A DNA stretch of 64,000 nucleotides, from the NCBI RefSeq assembly GCF_000150275.1, contig NW_002060951.1:1312297-1376296 (forward strand), given 5' to 3'. The notes under the pieces are model-generated. The model was not told the DNA's origin. It worked only from the letters and a program-made list of their open reading frames with translations, and searched no databases. The position numbers and the translations under genes were made by a program. This document shows, piece after piece, positions 1 to 13,600 of this stretch. Position 1 is the first letter of the stretch. Every line of letters starts with the position of its first letter. This DNA comes from Trichoplax adhaerens. Its lineage: Eukaryota > Animalia > Placozoa.

Positions 1-1896
1 CGTAAAACAGATGTCGTAAGCTTAGGTGTAGTTTATAATAGAGCATCAAGAAATGATACGACATCTATTTTACACATTTTTGTGCAGTACAGTACTGTAC
101 TGTAGAGCGTTAAGTTGACGTTACGTTGTTAGTGACTATAAATATCCAGTGATGTCATCATTCACAGCTCCACGCTTACGTACATCAACACTTTAGAATG
201 AATAGATTATCATCACCTGAGATTGTTATTCAAAGGCCTAGCTGATTGATACCTTTTTAATTTAAACTTGTCACGATCATTTAGTCTTTATCATTTTAAC
301 AAGGATACTTGCGTACAGTAGAGAAATTTTTTTTTTTTGGGGGGGGGGGGGTAGAATTAATTGTCGGCCAAATCTGATCAAATGGATCATATTTGATAAC
401 ATAAGAATAGAAATATATTTGCGTCAAGCGGTTCTGGATAATTTTATTATACGTAATAATTGAAGGACGTCCTTGTTTTCTTCACTGCATATTGACGTCT
501 ATGCACATTTATATCATTACTAAGCTTTGAGCTTGCAGTCAAGGTCACTATCATCAATCATGCAAGATTCATCTCTAGGCAAGCAATGGCAACAGGCTGC
601 TTTACCTTACTACTAGTCCCTCACTTTCGGCCTTTTTAATTAAATAAACAGTATTACGTTGTAAAGTGTATAATATAGCTCAAGTTCAACTTTTATAATG
701 CCATGTATACTAGCTACGATTGGAATGAACAATATCATTGTTTGGAGCCCTGATGGGCAGGGCCTCTCCATCTGCCCAGCTCTATGTACCTTGTGTTCTC
801 TTCATGATACTGTAGTTATGTATGACAGTATGACATGACAATATCCATCATGATTCTGAACGCTAGATAGAATATAACATAAATTCTACAGCATAATTTA
901 CTTGATCTTCTATAAAACCAAACACTTTTGAGTGCATATTTCTGAATCTTCGCTACAATAAATAAGCCCAAAATTAAAGTAATAAGTAATTATTAGCTGG
1001 CCTGTAAGATTCCCCTCTACTGTATTTGTAGAACACTTCACAGTCACTTTAATGCTAATCACTACATTGTACTCTGTGGCACTACTCTGAGATGTTAGCT
1101 AGAGACAACATTTTCTACATTGTTCTGCCTTATCCAGTTATCCTAGTAAGCCTCGACATTATAAAGTATAAAGTACTATATGCTGTATGTAATTGATATG
1201 CAATAAGAATGTCTGAGATTGTACTGAGCAATTAGAATGTGCGCGTAGTCAGTAAAGCGATATAGCGCACTACAATTTTGATAATATAAATTACTGTACG
1301 TTCATTTAAACTGAAAGTTTACGAATGCAGAGTATGAATTTATTTACTGTCAAAACTAGCTGACAAAACTAGGAACGCTATTCACCTTCAATAAAGCTGT
1401 AAAATCCATGGTGAATTGAAGCTGTAAAGTACAGTATACTGTATTTATTTATTTCCTGTTGTAATTAAAAATAATAAAAATAAATACAGTCTATATAACA
1501 ACTTGCATTGCTAATCTGTCCCTGGACTACCTACAGTACCATCAACAGTACAACGCGTAGTACAGGATTAAACAATAATTATTATTATTAGGGTTATATT
1601 ATATATTTTCCCTATATAATAGTAATAATATAGAATCTGTTTGTCCGTATGTCTGTAATCTGTGCGAAGCAGTGTTGCATGGGATTGCGAATTAAAACGA
1701 GGTCTATTTCGACCGATAGCCCATAGGAACGATCGTGGAATACTGCGTAAACCCATGTTGACCATGTGTATTCAAAATGTTTAAACTTATGCAACACTGG
1801 AGTGAACCATAGAGGTAAAAAAAACCTTTTTCTTTAACTCTATAGTACGCTTCGAATTAAACCTAGGATTGACCATTTCAAGGTTGGCACTGTACT

Positions 1897-2057
1897 GCAC
1901 TCGACAACAGTTGTATACTGTACTGTATAGCCCCATACACTAAATAAGTGTCCGCGTGTAGTAGAGTATAATACCACAGCACTCGACAACAGTTGTATAC
2001 TGTATAGCCCCATACACGAAGCAAGTGCCAGTGTCTAGTAGAGTATTATACCACAGC
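1897..2057. repeat. Tandem duplication, 2 x ~80 bp, upstream of OXR1
   Basis: GCACTCGACAACAGTTGTATACTGTA...CCCCATACAC...GTAGAGTAT(A/T)ATACCACAGC occurs at ~1897 and again at ~1979. Confidence 0.85.
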
Positions 2058-2555
2058 CCACTACAGTCGCAGTCGATTTTTTAAAGTCCCGAAATACAGT
2101 ACTTAGTACTGAGTATGCGACTCCTGAGTACTGTAGTAACAATGCTCTAATACTGTACAGTACTGCTGTTGTACTGTAACGGTTGCAACCCGGTCTGAAG
2201 CATTTAAATTAACGTCCAGTGAACAGTTCAAATAACAACAAAACATTGGTGTCGTCGGATGACGTTGGTGGACTGCTTCAGCCTACAGTGGAGTGAGTCG
2301 GTTGATCGAGTTGAATCGACCAGTACTGTACTGTACTGTACTGATACACACTTGCTGAAGTCAACTGCAAGTTAACACACCACTGTGTTATTAGCTAGGC
2401 TGAACCTGACTAGCAAGTGTGTTCAAAGAAAAAAAATGGTGGCAGCTGTAAAATAATCTCTCTTCGTTGACAGTCTTATACCATTGAAAAATTTCCTTAA
2501 TCCTAGCATACTGACGTAGCTTAGACAACTTAAAATAACCCTTCAACTTGGAGCC

Positions 2556-5500
2556 ATGATTTCAAGTAACTCGTCGGGCAAGGAACTAGAAGACTTCACT
2601 AAAAGTGAATCCAAAGATGGCGAAAAGAAACCGTATGTGTCAAAATTAATTTCTCTTCCATAACTCTATACTCTATACTATGTTAGCAAAGTAAAAGTAG
2701 ATTGGTTAAATAGACAGTCAACTCTCTCTAGCAATGGCAGCCATTGCATTACTTGTTGACAACATTCATTTACCCTATAAGTAAATACTGCAACGGACAA
2801 CAAGCATTTTGAACGAACTAATTTGAGTTTCGACAGATAGCTACGCTTCCATATGACTCTCTACTCTACTCTACTCTACTCAGTACAGTAATGAGTATCC
2901 TCGACTGTACACTCCGTACAGTATCACAAGATGACTGCGGACAAGCAAAACAAGTAGTCAAGTTATTTTTCTTCTTGAAAAATAATGCAACATCAATTCA
3001 AGTACAGTACTATAACTTTTATTATAGATAACTTGATTGTATGCACGACCTGATGATAATCTCAAAGAATCAACCATACAAAATTTAAAGTAAAGACATG
3101 CAGAATAATCTTAGCAGTTAGGTCACATAAATGCTTGGACCGTTTTCTCCATGATTTTAATAATAATGAAGGGGTACCTGCCAAAGTTGTTTATACCTAT
3201 CTTGCATATACTACAAACCATTGATAATGTCGCAAATATATTTTTCGCATAGTAGTAAATTAACTTACAAAATACTCTCGAAAGATTCAAGCAGAAGGAC
3301 TATTGGCGAGTGCCGAAAAAAATGACTGTTAGATTTTAAATACACTATCCCCCCCAGTATTATATTACGTAATTAGCGCTCGGTTATCGCAGTTCTAACA
3401 TTTCGCAACTTCCAGCCGTTTAACTCAAGCGTTTTGCAATTACCCTGGAATAAACAGCTAAAATTTTTATTGGGATACATAAGTATCAGGACTGTAGCCT
3501 TACTCCCTACTAGTTGTTAAATAGCGCAGTTTATACAGGCTATCTACTATCCATTTATCCCATAATATCGCCATCTTTGCAACAATGAGTGTACGAAGAG
3601 GAGAAAACTGTATTAAAAGCAGCTTTTTCGATCTTTGCGATTACGCATCTTAATCACGTAGTCAACTTTAGTCTCGGACAAACATAATCAAGTTGTTTTC
3701 ACTCAGTGCATAAAAGTGGCTATACAAGCTTACATCCAAATGACACTGATTTTATTCGGTACATTATCATAAATTCTCCTACGTCCAGATACTAATCTAG
3801 AACAGTATAATCGTATAGTAAATGATGCGTACAGTTCACTCTTGAAGATCATCACAATACATATATGCAAATTTGCATCAAGATTTAGTATATATTCTCG
3901 CCATATCACCGTATTCTTCATCTGCAAGCATGGCAAACGTGTAATGTGGTCAATACGGGTTTGTAGCTCGATATAACTTGCACCCCACCTTATGAAAGTC
4001 AGTCATATGTTATACGGTGTCTTGACGTATGCTCACTCAATAGCCACGCTATCTAGTTGTATGTTCCATTTCGTGAGCTATAAACTCCTTTATTTCTTAC
4101 CGTACGGCTATGGCTAAAATTACTCCAACAGCAATCTAACTAGGATTCTTGATGTCCTATCTCGATATCTGTCAAATCGATGTAGATATACGCGTTTGTC
4201 GACTACTTTTCTCCTCCTGTAATCATGTCAACCAATGTTTATCATATTCTACGTCGTTTAAAAAGTAGTCCTTTACAAATCACATTGCATACAGTACCAT
4301 GACAGTACATATATACAAACAATTTACTGTTAGGTCAAGTGATATCCAGACAACAGTCATTTCTATTTACAGTAACTTTATATGCCTCCAGATTGACGAG
4401 TAGAGTGCAAATTATCAAGAAGCTGAAAATAGCATTTCAAGAAGACATTTCTCGTAAGCATTAATGCATACGATTGCACGGCAGCATTATTTTGTTCTAA
4501 TAGAAAAGCTATATATGAATAACATACAACCCATTAATTTCTATGGTGTGTAGAGCGTAGACACATTGTATTTTACTGAACCTGAACCTGATCTACGTAT
4601 GAAAATTGGCAGACAACAACTTCCAATCGAACTCATTGCATGACATAAAAGTGTTGCTCAATAGTTCTGTTTAAACACTTTAGCCCTTAACACAGTTGTT
4701 TTGATATACAGCATATTCGCACTTTTTACGTGTTCAAGTATAATTGACAACATAAGGTATTGCTATATCCTTACCTATACACTATTGCACTTGTCTATGA
4801 GATACAAATACATATTCACTGTCAATACAATGAGGTGTTGAAAATTGTCAACTATTGTGTGAGTAGGAAAGGTAACATCAGTAAGTATACTTCCTATTTA
4901 TACATTCCTTATACAGTATTTCGCTATTCGAAAATAATACACAGTATAGTATTTTAATATAATATAAAAGACATATTGTGGGTAATGTTGAAAGAGAACG
5001 GTTAAAAAAAAATAATATTATACTATAACTAAATTTTGTTACACTGTATTGTCTAATTTTTAGACACCAGAGTAAACATCCAGGATTCGCAGCCCGTGTT
5101 GAAGGTAATGAACGTGTTAATCCACTTCACTGGGATCTATTTTCCAACCAACTCAAGCAACGCTTAGATCTAGGAAGTAAATCCCTTAGTGCCAGCTTAG
5201 ACCAACTACCGCTTGCTTCGCCAGCTCCTAGTACCAGTTCTCGCTCCTTGGGTAAGTTGAATGAACAACGCTAAAATGGATAATCAATCTCAACTGCATA
5301 AAACCATATTCACTATCAGGCTACATCCATTTACATTCTTGTTTTGCACAATATAAAACTAATTTAACGACCTAGTATTATTATAGAACAGATCAATCAT
5401 AATATACCAAGAAAATATGCAAATTATATGATTTATTTGAAACACTACCAAAAAATATATTCTGAAGCCTAAGTATTAGTACTATCTTACTGCGATAGTT

Positions 5501-8500
5501 TTATATGCAATATTTTGATCTACAATATTAAATGGATCTCACCAAAGTTAGTTAAAAAAGCTCCTAATATTCGATTTAATTTGTGTACTTAAAAAATATT
5601 TGCATTTTGGCTACTTTATTATGCTGGATTGACAGTAACAATTAATAATTATAATATTAATTGTCGAAAAATATGCTGCTGTATACTGTATATTAAGTCA
5701 GTAGATTAGTATTCTGTATAATATCATATTTTGCAATTCTTGCGTTAGTATGATCTAACACATTATCACAAAGTGTTAATAAAAATAGGATTGTTACACT
5801 TGCAAGACTTAAGCATATACAGTAGTATAGTATGCGTAATATAATATGTAGTTGAGCCACTACAGATTGTAAACTCAATTAGTTTTCAAACTATCTTGAC
5901 TTCCTCCATCTATTAATACCGTATTTATTTACGAAATGTATTATCACAAGTTTCTAGCACTGCCAGTAAATATATTTACCCCATGCTTATTAGCTCAACT
6001 TTTTATGCTAACTATAATATGTTTTGCGCTATACTACGTATATATCGCTACCGTTAAAATTCGCTGTTGTACAAATTTTACTATGCTCATACGATTACAA
6101 CGCCGCTACTCCGCTTCTGCATTTTCATTGTATCATCGTTCTATCGTTGTGCTGGGCATCTGGCTGCTATGGTGTATTTATCTCTATGCTTACTTTACCA
6201 AGCCAAACGAGGTGACGACTTCCTAGTTGTCTGTATTTGGAAATACTATTTTATAACAGTGCTGCTATAATTCCCTATATTTTAAGATTCAGGAAGTTTA
6301 CACTAGTTATCCTGATAGCATATCTAAAACAAGTCAAATTATTACGTAGTTTCTAACTGATTATCCTAATTTGAGAACGACATATTCGTAATTATACGAG
6401 ACATACAGTATACCTTAACTACCGCCGCTTAATTAATGTATGATAATGGAAACTGCACGATAACACTGTTCGATGATACTGTACTTAATAGTAATATAAT
6501 ACCGTATCCGATTTATTGACGTTATTGTGATCAATAATATGTAATCGAATAGATCTAGAATCAAACACGGACAACAAGAAGAAAAATAGAAGAATAAAAC
6601 AACCGCCTAATACCAAAGAATACCTGGTAAATTTGGCAATAAATTTGTATCGCTCATCTCTCAAATTAAAAAATTCTTTTAAATAATTATCACCACAGAT
6701 AGGCTGATTATACCTTATCAAACATAACTCAGCTATTGCCATCATAAAGTCAAAAGACCTTAATATATAGTTTTTGAATCAGAAAGACCGTAGTATTACT
6801 TACGTAATAAATTCTTGTGCCTGTAACGGTATTTTCTATGATTTGGTTCGCGTTTTACTCTTGGAATAGTCTATCATTACATTAGCGTCTATTGGAGTCA
6901 TTATTTTATGAATTTTATTAGCTAATTTAGTCACTTTTACGAACATACCACGATGTCATTATGCTAATAAAATAACCAAAATTAAAAAATATGTTTGAAA
7001 GGCAATACAAGTTTATATTATGTATTAAGGAATAATCTCTTAGAACTTGCATAAAAACTTTTCTATTATGATAAACTAGGTTTCAAGTCATGATTCTTTG
7101 GCCAGTATTGCCCTTCAACACGACACACTACCATCAGAACTGAAACGGCTAAATAAGCTTACATCTCAGATGCTATTTCCTGGACAGGTATTGTAGATGT
7201 TGTATACACAATGTAACTTAAAATCTCAATGTGTGATTGAAAAGCTTATCTTTAATTTTAATTTGAAAATTACAGATCTTATTTGTACCCTCGAGGAAAG
7301 ACTCCGAAACGGACGACGAATTAGCTAGACACGCGTCTGAAAGCTCAGAGCGATCAAATCGCCGTTCAATGGAAAATGAATCGGATAAGGTATTGCATAC
7401 AGCTAAAGTCTTGCAGTAACTGCTATCATTTGAATCATTATCGCAAGTTATCTTTGTAATAACATTATTATATCAAGTATAGGAATCCTGTCATATCTTT
7501 TATATTATATATTTGTCATTAATTGAAAGCTTTTCTTTATCATAGATCATACAAGAAGTAATTCGGAGCGGTAGAAAAACTTCTGGTAATGATAACGAGG
7601 ACATTCGTCCACATTCTTCGAATTTATCTATTTCTGAAGAAGAAGACGAGGTTTCAGATATATTCTTGAAAATTAATGTTAAACGGATCACTGAAAAATT
7701 GGTAAGTTTTGAAGAAAAATCTCAATCACAATAGTATGCGTATGCCAAGTATAAATTATCGGTTAATCTGTAATAATGAATGCTATGACTCAATCGGAGC
7801 TGTTCTTACTATAGTCTGAGTTTTACTGGATTTACGCGATATATCACGTTGTTGCATTCATTACTTAAAACATAAAATCAGTAAACACATTTCCTATGTA
7901 GGTTTATTTTACTCTTAGCACGTACTGTATGCAGCCTGATATCTTTAGGTAATTACTAGCAATTTATTACTGACTCCATGTATTTTTAGGGTACGGTAAA
8001 AGGTGTCCTCTTGGTAACCCCTCAATCGATAATGTTCAACCCGTACGTCTCAGATCCGCTTGTGATGGAAAACGGTTCCAATTGTTATGAGGTTGTAGCA
8101 CCTCTAGGTAGAGTAACTAGTGCTGCAATGCATCACGATCTTACGATTATGAAGAAATTTAGTGGAAAAAAACAACGAAGGTTAGAGCTTTAGGTCTCAC
8201 TATACCTCTTTATTAAATGCAAATCAGAACAATATTAGCAGTAGTACCTAATCGCTGATCTATTCTTTTAGCTCTAAAAGTGACCCAGAGGCTCCTATTT
8301 ATCGATCGAAAGATACAAACCCCATATTCGGAAATAAGTCTGATCCCCCATTAAGCAATTTAGACATTAGACAAAAATTAGCTGGTCATGAGGGTCATGA
8401 TAGCGTCAGCTCTGAAGTAAGCGCATCTTCTGAGTCTGGAAGCCTTTTTTCCGTGTTAATAAACAAAGACACTTCGGGATATGCAAGCGTTAGTTATGTT

Positions 8501-10632
8501 CCCAAACAGATTAGTCCCCAAAGCAGTAAATCAGCTATTGAGACAGGAATTAAGAAAAGTAAAAGTGTTTCTGATCGTCATCACAGCGGTAGCGAAACTG
8601 ATTCTGATGTTAAACGGGGTTTACCTAGTCCAGGAATTGCTGTTAGCGTACCCATTAAGGAACGAGAACAACAGCATACCCTAGGACAGGAGGAAACTAG
8701 CGCTGAATCTCAAGATAGTGGCAATGACGACAACAAAGGTCAAGAAGAATCACAGACAGAACAGCCGAAACATGATGATGATGCACAGCAGGAAACAAAG
8801 GTTCAGCCATCGTCAGAGCATACATCAGCAGATAACGGAAAAACTCGAAATGCCCCAACTGATGACTGTCAGCCCGAGACAACAGAAAAAGATGACTCTG
8901 TGTTTGATGAAGATGAATCGAAAAATGGTTATTAATATTCTATATTAGGGAATATTTTAAAATAAACCAGTCAAATTATTTTACAGGATTATTCTTGAGT
9001 TACTTTATTGTTATTTGTTACAGATTCTAAATCACTCAAACAAGAATATCATGAGCCCGATATGCCTTTTTATTTAAGTCTGCACGTCGAACATGTTCCT
9101 AAAGCGAAAGCAGTAACAGAGCCAAAAGAATCGTCTTTTGCTTCAGCTGCCCTAAATGCAGCAGCAGATATAGCTAAGTCAACAATTAGTTTTGCCAGGC
9201 AAACCATGCCAGGAAGTGTTACCGGCAGTGAAAATAAGAAAGATGGTTCTGAAACAGTTAATATTCGCGGTTCCTTCTTCGTTCACGATGAAGCTAGAGA
9301 CAAACTTCCATATAGGAAAGAATTTTGGTTTGCTGTTCCTTCAAACAGGCAATTATCATTACTAAAAACATCTTTTTCGGGATGAATTGTTAATGATTCT
9401 AATCTCTTTTTAGAGTCGACCAACTATATTCCTTCTTTATTCATTGGTCTCCTAACATATATGGCCGCGAGGAAGACTTTGAGGTTCTTGATGACGGTGT
9501 AGCCACTGCAGTTCGTCGGAGGGTAATAAGTGTACAATTGCTAATTTTATAAGTGTGTTTACTTTTTAAATCTACTGGCTGAATGAAACCTTACAAGTAA
9601 TTTCGTTTATTTTTTTGAACTAGTCGGTGCAAATGTTGTCGAAAACGTTCGATTTCGGACATTTAAGTACAATGTAAGAAGCTTGCAATCAATTCTTAGT
9701 AATTATGTGCATAAATGTTATGATTAACTATTCTTTTTATGTACTAATATCTTTAGAGATAGTATTGAAGAAGATTTAAAACTTCCATTACCGGAAATGA
9801 TTGGAGGTTCTACACAATTGCTCCTAGAGGATGATATTAGTTTCGTAAGTCACCATAAAATCAGCAACCTCTCGTATAAGTTAATAATGATATTCATTGA
9901 CTGCTTCTACCCGAACAGCTCTCTGAAAATATGCCCTCTCGGTGTATCGGTTACAATTGGTACATGATTTATAGCACTTTCTTACATGGCATTAGCCTGA
10001 AAACTTTGTACAGAAATATGGCTGAATGGGATACACCAGTTTTGTTAATAATAAGGGACATGGATGAATATGTAAGTGTTTTACTTATAACTAAATTTCT
10101 TAAATAATTTTTTTCAACCTTTAAAACACAACGTGTCTCGCATTGTAGGTATTTGGTGCTGTAGTATCTTCTGAAATTCGAATAAGTGATGGCTACTATG
10201 GCACAGGGGAATCATTTATGTTTACTATAAAACCCGAGAGAAATGTAAGCATTATTTTAATGTGTTTTTTTATCCATTTATTTCAGGTACTGTTACGGTA
10301 ATTTTTGTACCATTTTAGAAGCATTTCATTAACGAATTTTTTCGCAGATATATCAATGGACTGGGCATAATCATTATATTATTAAAGGCGATACGGATGG
10401 CTTTGCTATAGGGGGAGGAGAGTAAGTAATTACACTATATGCAGTGCTGAAATATTTCTTAATGTTTATAAACAATTATTTCGATTGTCCAATTAGTGGC
10501 CATTTTGGTTTATGGATGGATGAAGATCTGTATCGCGGCAGTTGTCATCCGTGCCAAACTTTCGATAATGAAATCATGTCAAAAACTGAGCATTTTTATT
10601 GTCAAGCTCTAGAAGCATGGGGATTTGCCTAG
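2556..10632 (+). CDS. OXR1: Oxidation resistance 1 / NCOA7-family protein (LysM + GRAM-like + TLDc), multi-exon
   Basis: Phase-consistent exons: 2556-2632 (GCCATG start), 5064-5251, [candidate 6787-6803], 7080-7187 (LysM: VSSHDSLASIALQHDTLPSELKRLNKLTSQMLFPGQ), 7276-7389, 7546-7701 (FLKINVKRIT), 7990-8180 (GTVKGVLLVTPQSIMFNPYVSDPLVMENG), 8272-8927, 9024-9348 (EFWFAVPSNR), 9414-9522 (VDQLYSFFIHWSP), 9624-9673, 9757-9844, then TLDc exons 9919-10071, 10149-10244, 10348-10421, 10497-10632 (HGISLKTLY, YYGTGESFMF, FGLWMDEDL, LEAWGF). The two 5'-most exons are less certain than the rest. Confidence 0.93.
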
Positions 10633-13600
10633 GTCAATTTTAATAAATGTGAGTTTGTAAAGAGCGAACTTTTATAGCAGATTGTTATCAATAATACTAC
10701 AGGCAGCCTTATGGTCGTAAATAAATTTAGTTAATATTAAATAATTAAAATTAATTTTATCAAATTTTAATTCTAGGGCAAAGTATCCGCAATCTTTTGA
10801 TCCTAAATTCTGTCACGTTAATAAAAAGTGAACTTTTTAAATTTAAGGGAACCAAGCATAGTAAATGACATAGCTTACTTTCTTGCTAGCAGGCGTTTGC
10901 AAATCTACAGTACCTTTTATAACGTAAAAGATCAGAGGACAATATCAATGAGTTATTAAATAAAATCATGTAATCCTGAATTCTGGGCTCAATTGAAGGC
11001 CAAACGATATACAATGCGGCTTATGAGAACTCCTGATAACCTTGTTCTAGTTTCAGTTCATGTCAAGTTCCTTAAAATTTGTTGTAATAGAGGTTTTATT
11101 GCTAATATTGTGGTCTGCCGAAAATTGCGCCATTCAAATACTTCGTATATAGAATCTAATGCTGTAATGCGGAAGCGTAATTACGATTTCTGCTTTTGCC
11201 ATAGAAGTTCGAATTTAAATTATCTGCTCCTTGAAAATTTTCAAAAAAGATTATTGAAACAGTCGCTGGAAGGTCTCATTTCTTAGGAATGTTTTATTTG
11301 CTGACAGTATTTATTTATTGACTAATTCTAAATGTATTCCGTTATATCATTACTGTCGGTAGATGATTCAACTTAAATATTGGTGGTATTATCCTCCGGC
11401 ATATACTGAGTCATTATGGACTGTATTTCATCAATGGTACTGCATGCTATTGTATATTATTAGTGTATATTTACGTAACAGAATTAAAATTTCTCTCTCT
11501 AATAGCGCTAAGGTATTAAAATCATTTGCTTGATGAAATTTTATTGCAGCGGTAACTACAGACTGTGTTTTTACATCATACCACAGTAGCTTCTAGTTTT
11601 GAGGGTTAATTAAATATTTAGAATCCCTATTGGATAGTATAATTGATAACTATTTGAAGTTATGTGATAGAAGGCACTTCAGATGCAGTAAGTAAATATT
11701 TTTGTCCTACATTGACGATTTACGAGGTAATTGGAAATATTTTGGGCAGTCCAAATCATCACCATTTTTTGTGTATTGTGAAGTATCGTAAAATATTCGA
11801 ATACATTTTACACAAATTACAATTATGTACATTAATCAAAGTAGTAAGATAAAACTATTGATATGGTATACCGGATATGAATAAGTGCATGATGAGATAT
11901 TAATAATATATAATAGGAATCGGAAAACTCTGTGAAGAGAAATATCTTAGCCCTAACATCACTTCCAAAGGCTATACAAAATATGTACATGTACCGCATC
12001 TAATACAGTAGTATTCCAAATAAACAAGTTTGCAGGGCTAAGATGTTATAAATATGACTTGATTGAATTTATCTCGATTATTAATACCATCTATTAAAAT
12101 TTGTACGTCACTTTTAACTTGTAGTGCTGCGGTTGCAATAACGCTGTTCACATACAAAATTCTCCTATACTACTGTTAAGTAGTCAAAAACGAGGAATGA
12201 GTAATATTTTCTGGTAAGAATGGCTCAGCCATCAGGCCCAGAGCTTACCAAATACCAACAGACTCATCTATCACATTTCAGAAATACTGTTTGATGAGCC
12301 TTTAACAGTATTTATTTTCATTAGTAACGTAGTACGTTGTATATGCAAATAACGCTGATTGGCGTTAGATACGTACGTATAGCTTATAATACTTTATAAT
12401 AAAGAGATTCTTTGGGGCATAACGATTAAGGTATGCTCATAAATAGCGAAAGTTGACTTATTTAGACTTTAATTTTATATTATTGTTCTTTATTACCTAC
12501 AATCTTATAGAAGATTTCTGGCTAGACTGTAGAATGGCATAGTCATTAAGAAGTATTTCCAACAGCTATAGTGCCGATATAATTTATTACAAACGAAAAA
12601 TTAATGGCTAATTCTAGCCATTTTTAACCTCATTTAAAGATTAATATGCTTCTCATGTTAGTTTAAAGTTGAAAACTTATAGTAAATTTACTTCAAAAAA
12701 ATTTATTCTATATAATGTAGTCAAATTTTAGTTTTTTTGCTTTAATATATTATGCTCAATACACTCAGTGGCATTAAGTTTTCAAATTTTTGAACAACAT
12801 ATTAAGATACAATATATGCATACTCTATTTTTATCACCGTTTTTAGTTACATGCAATGAGTTTACTACGTCAATTAAGAGAAAATTACGAAACGATCATT
12901 TCTGTAGCATGAGATCTGAATATAATCATTTATACTTCATATACGCTAAAAATACCTGGTAACAACGATCAGTTCTCAAATTAGAGCTGAAATTATATCT
13001 AAACTAAGCGACAAGCATCAATATCCCGACATGTAAAGAAAAAGTTTCTAGAATAGCTATTTTAGGATTGATTTTCTTGTAATAAATTATCTTTACACCT
13101 ATTATAGCAAATATTTAATAGGAGCTATACCGATTAATATTAAATTAAACTGTAATTACTCATACAGCTAACGTCATAAATATGCAGTATCATACGTAGA
13201 CTCGAATTGTTGACGTAGTAACTTATACACATATGCTATGATCATTCAGGTCAAAATGTTTATAATATAATCCCTTTTTGTATTAATACTCTCATCAACG
13301 CGTACATTGCAGCTGGCGTCCAATAATAACACGATAGTCTTAAACTAGGTCAAATATTGTTTTTAAATTAATTATTAAGGATATACAATTTCGTATACTA
13401 ATCATTTATGTTCTGAAAATGGATATGGTAAATCTTCGATAAATTTTAATAAGCACAATCCTTTTTACGACGATTTATGTTTATCAATTTTACTTTATAA
13501 CTAAAAATCATTCACACCTATTACTTCTGTTGATGATATTCAACATAAATTAATAATAAATAATTATATGTAAGATACGATTTTATCTGTATACAGTGTT

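Noticed and set aside
1568-1765. Minus-strand ORF with an Arg-rich N-terminus resembling a mitochondrial transit peptide, divergent from OXR1
   Set aside because: I found no usable splice donor or in-phase downstream exon in 1-1560, and the frame decays into AT-rich Tyr/Ile runs. A divergent transcript cannot be excluded.
5936-6270. Three overlapping ORFs in an OXR1 intron as a nested gene or alternative first exon
   Set aside because: No recognisable protein features and no convincing supported join. An alternative promoter is possible but unsupported.
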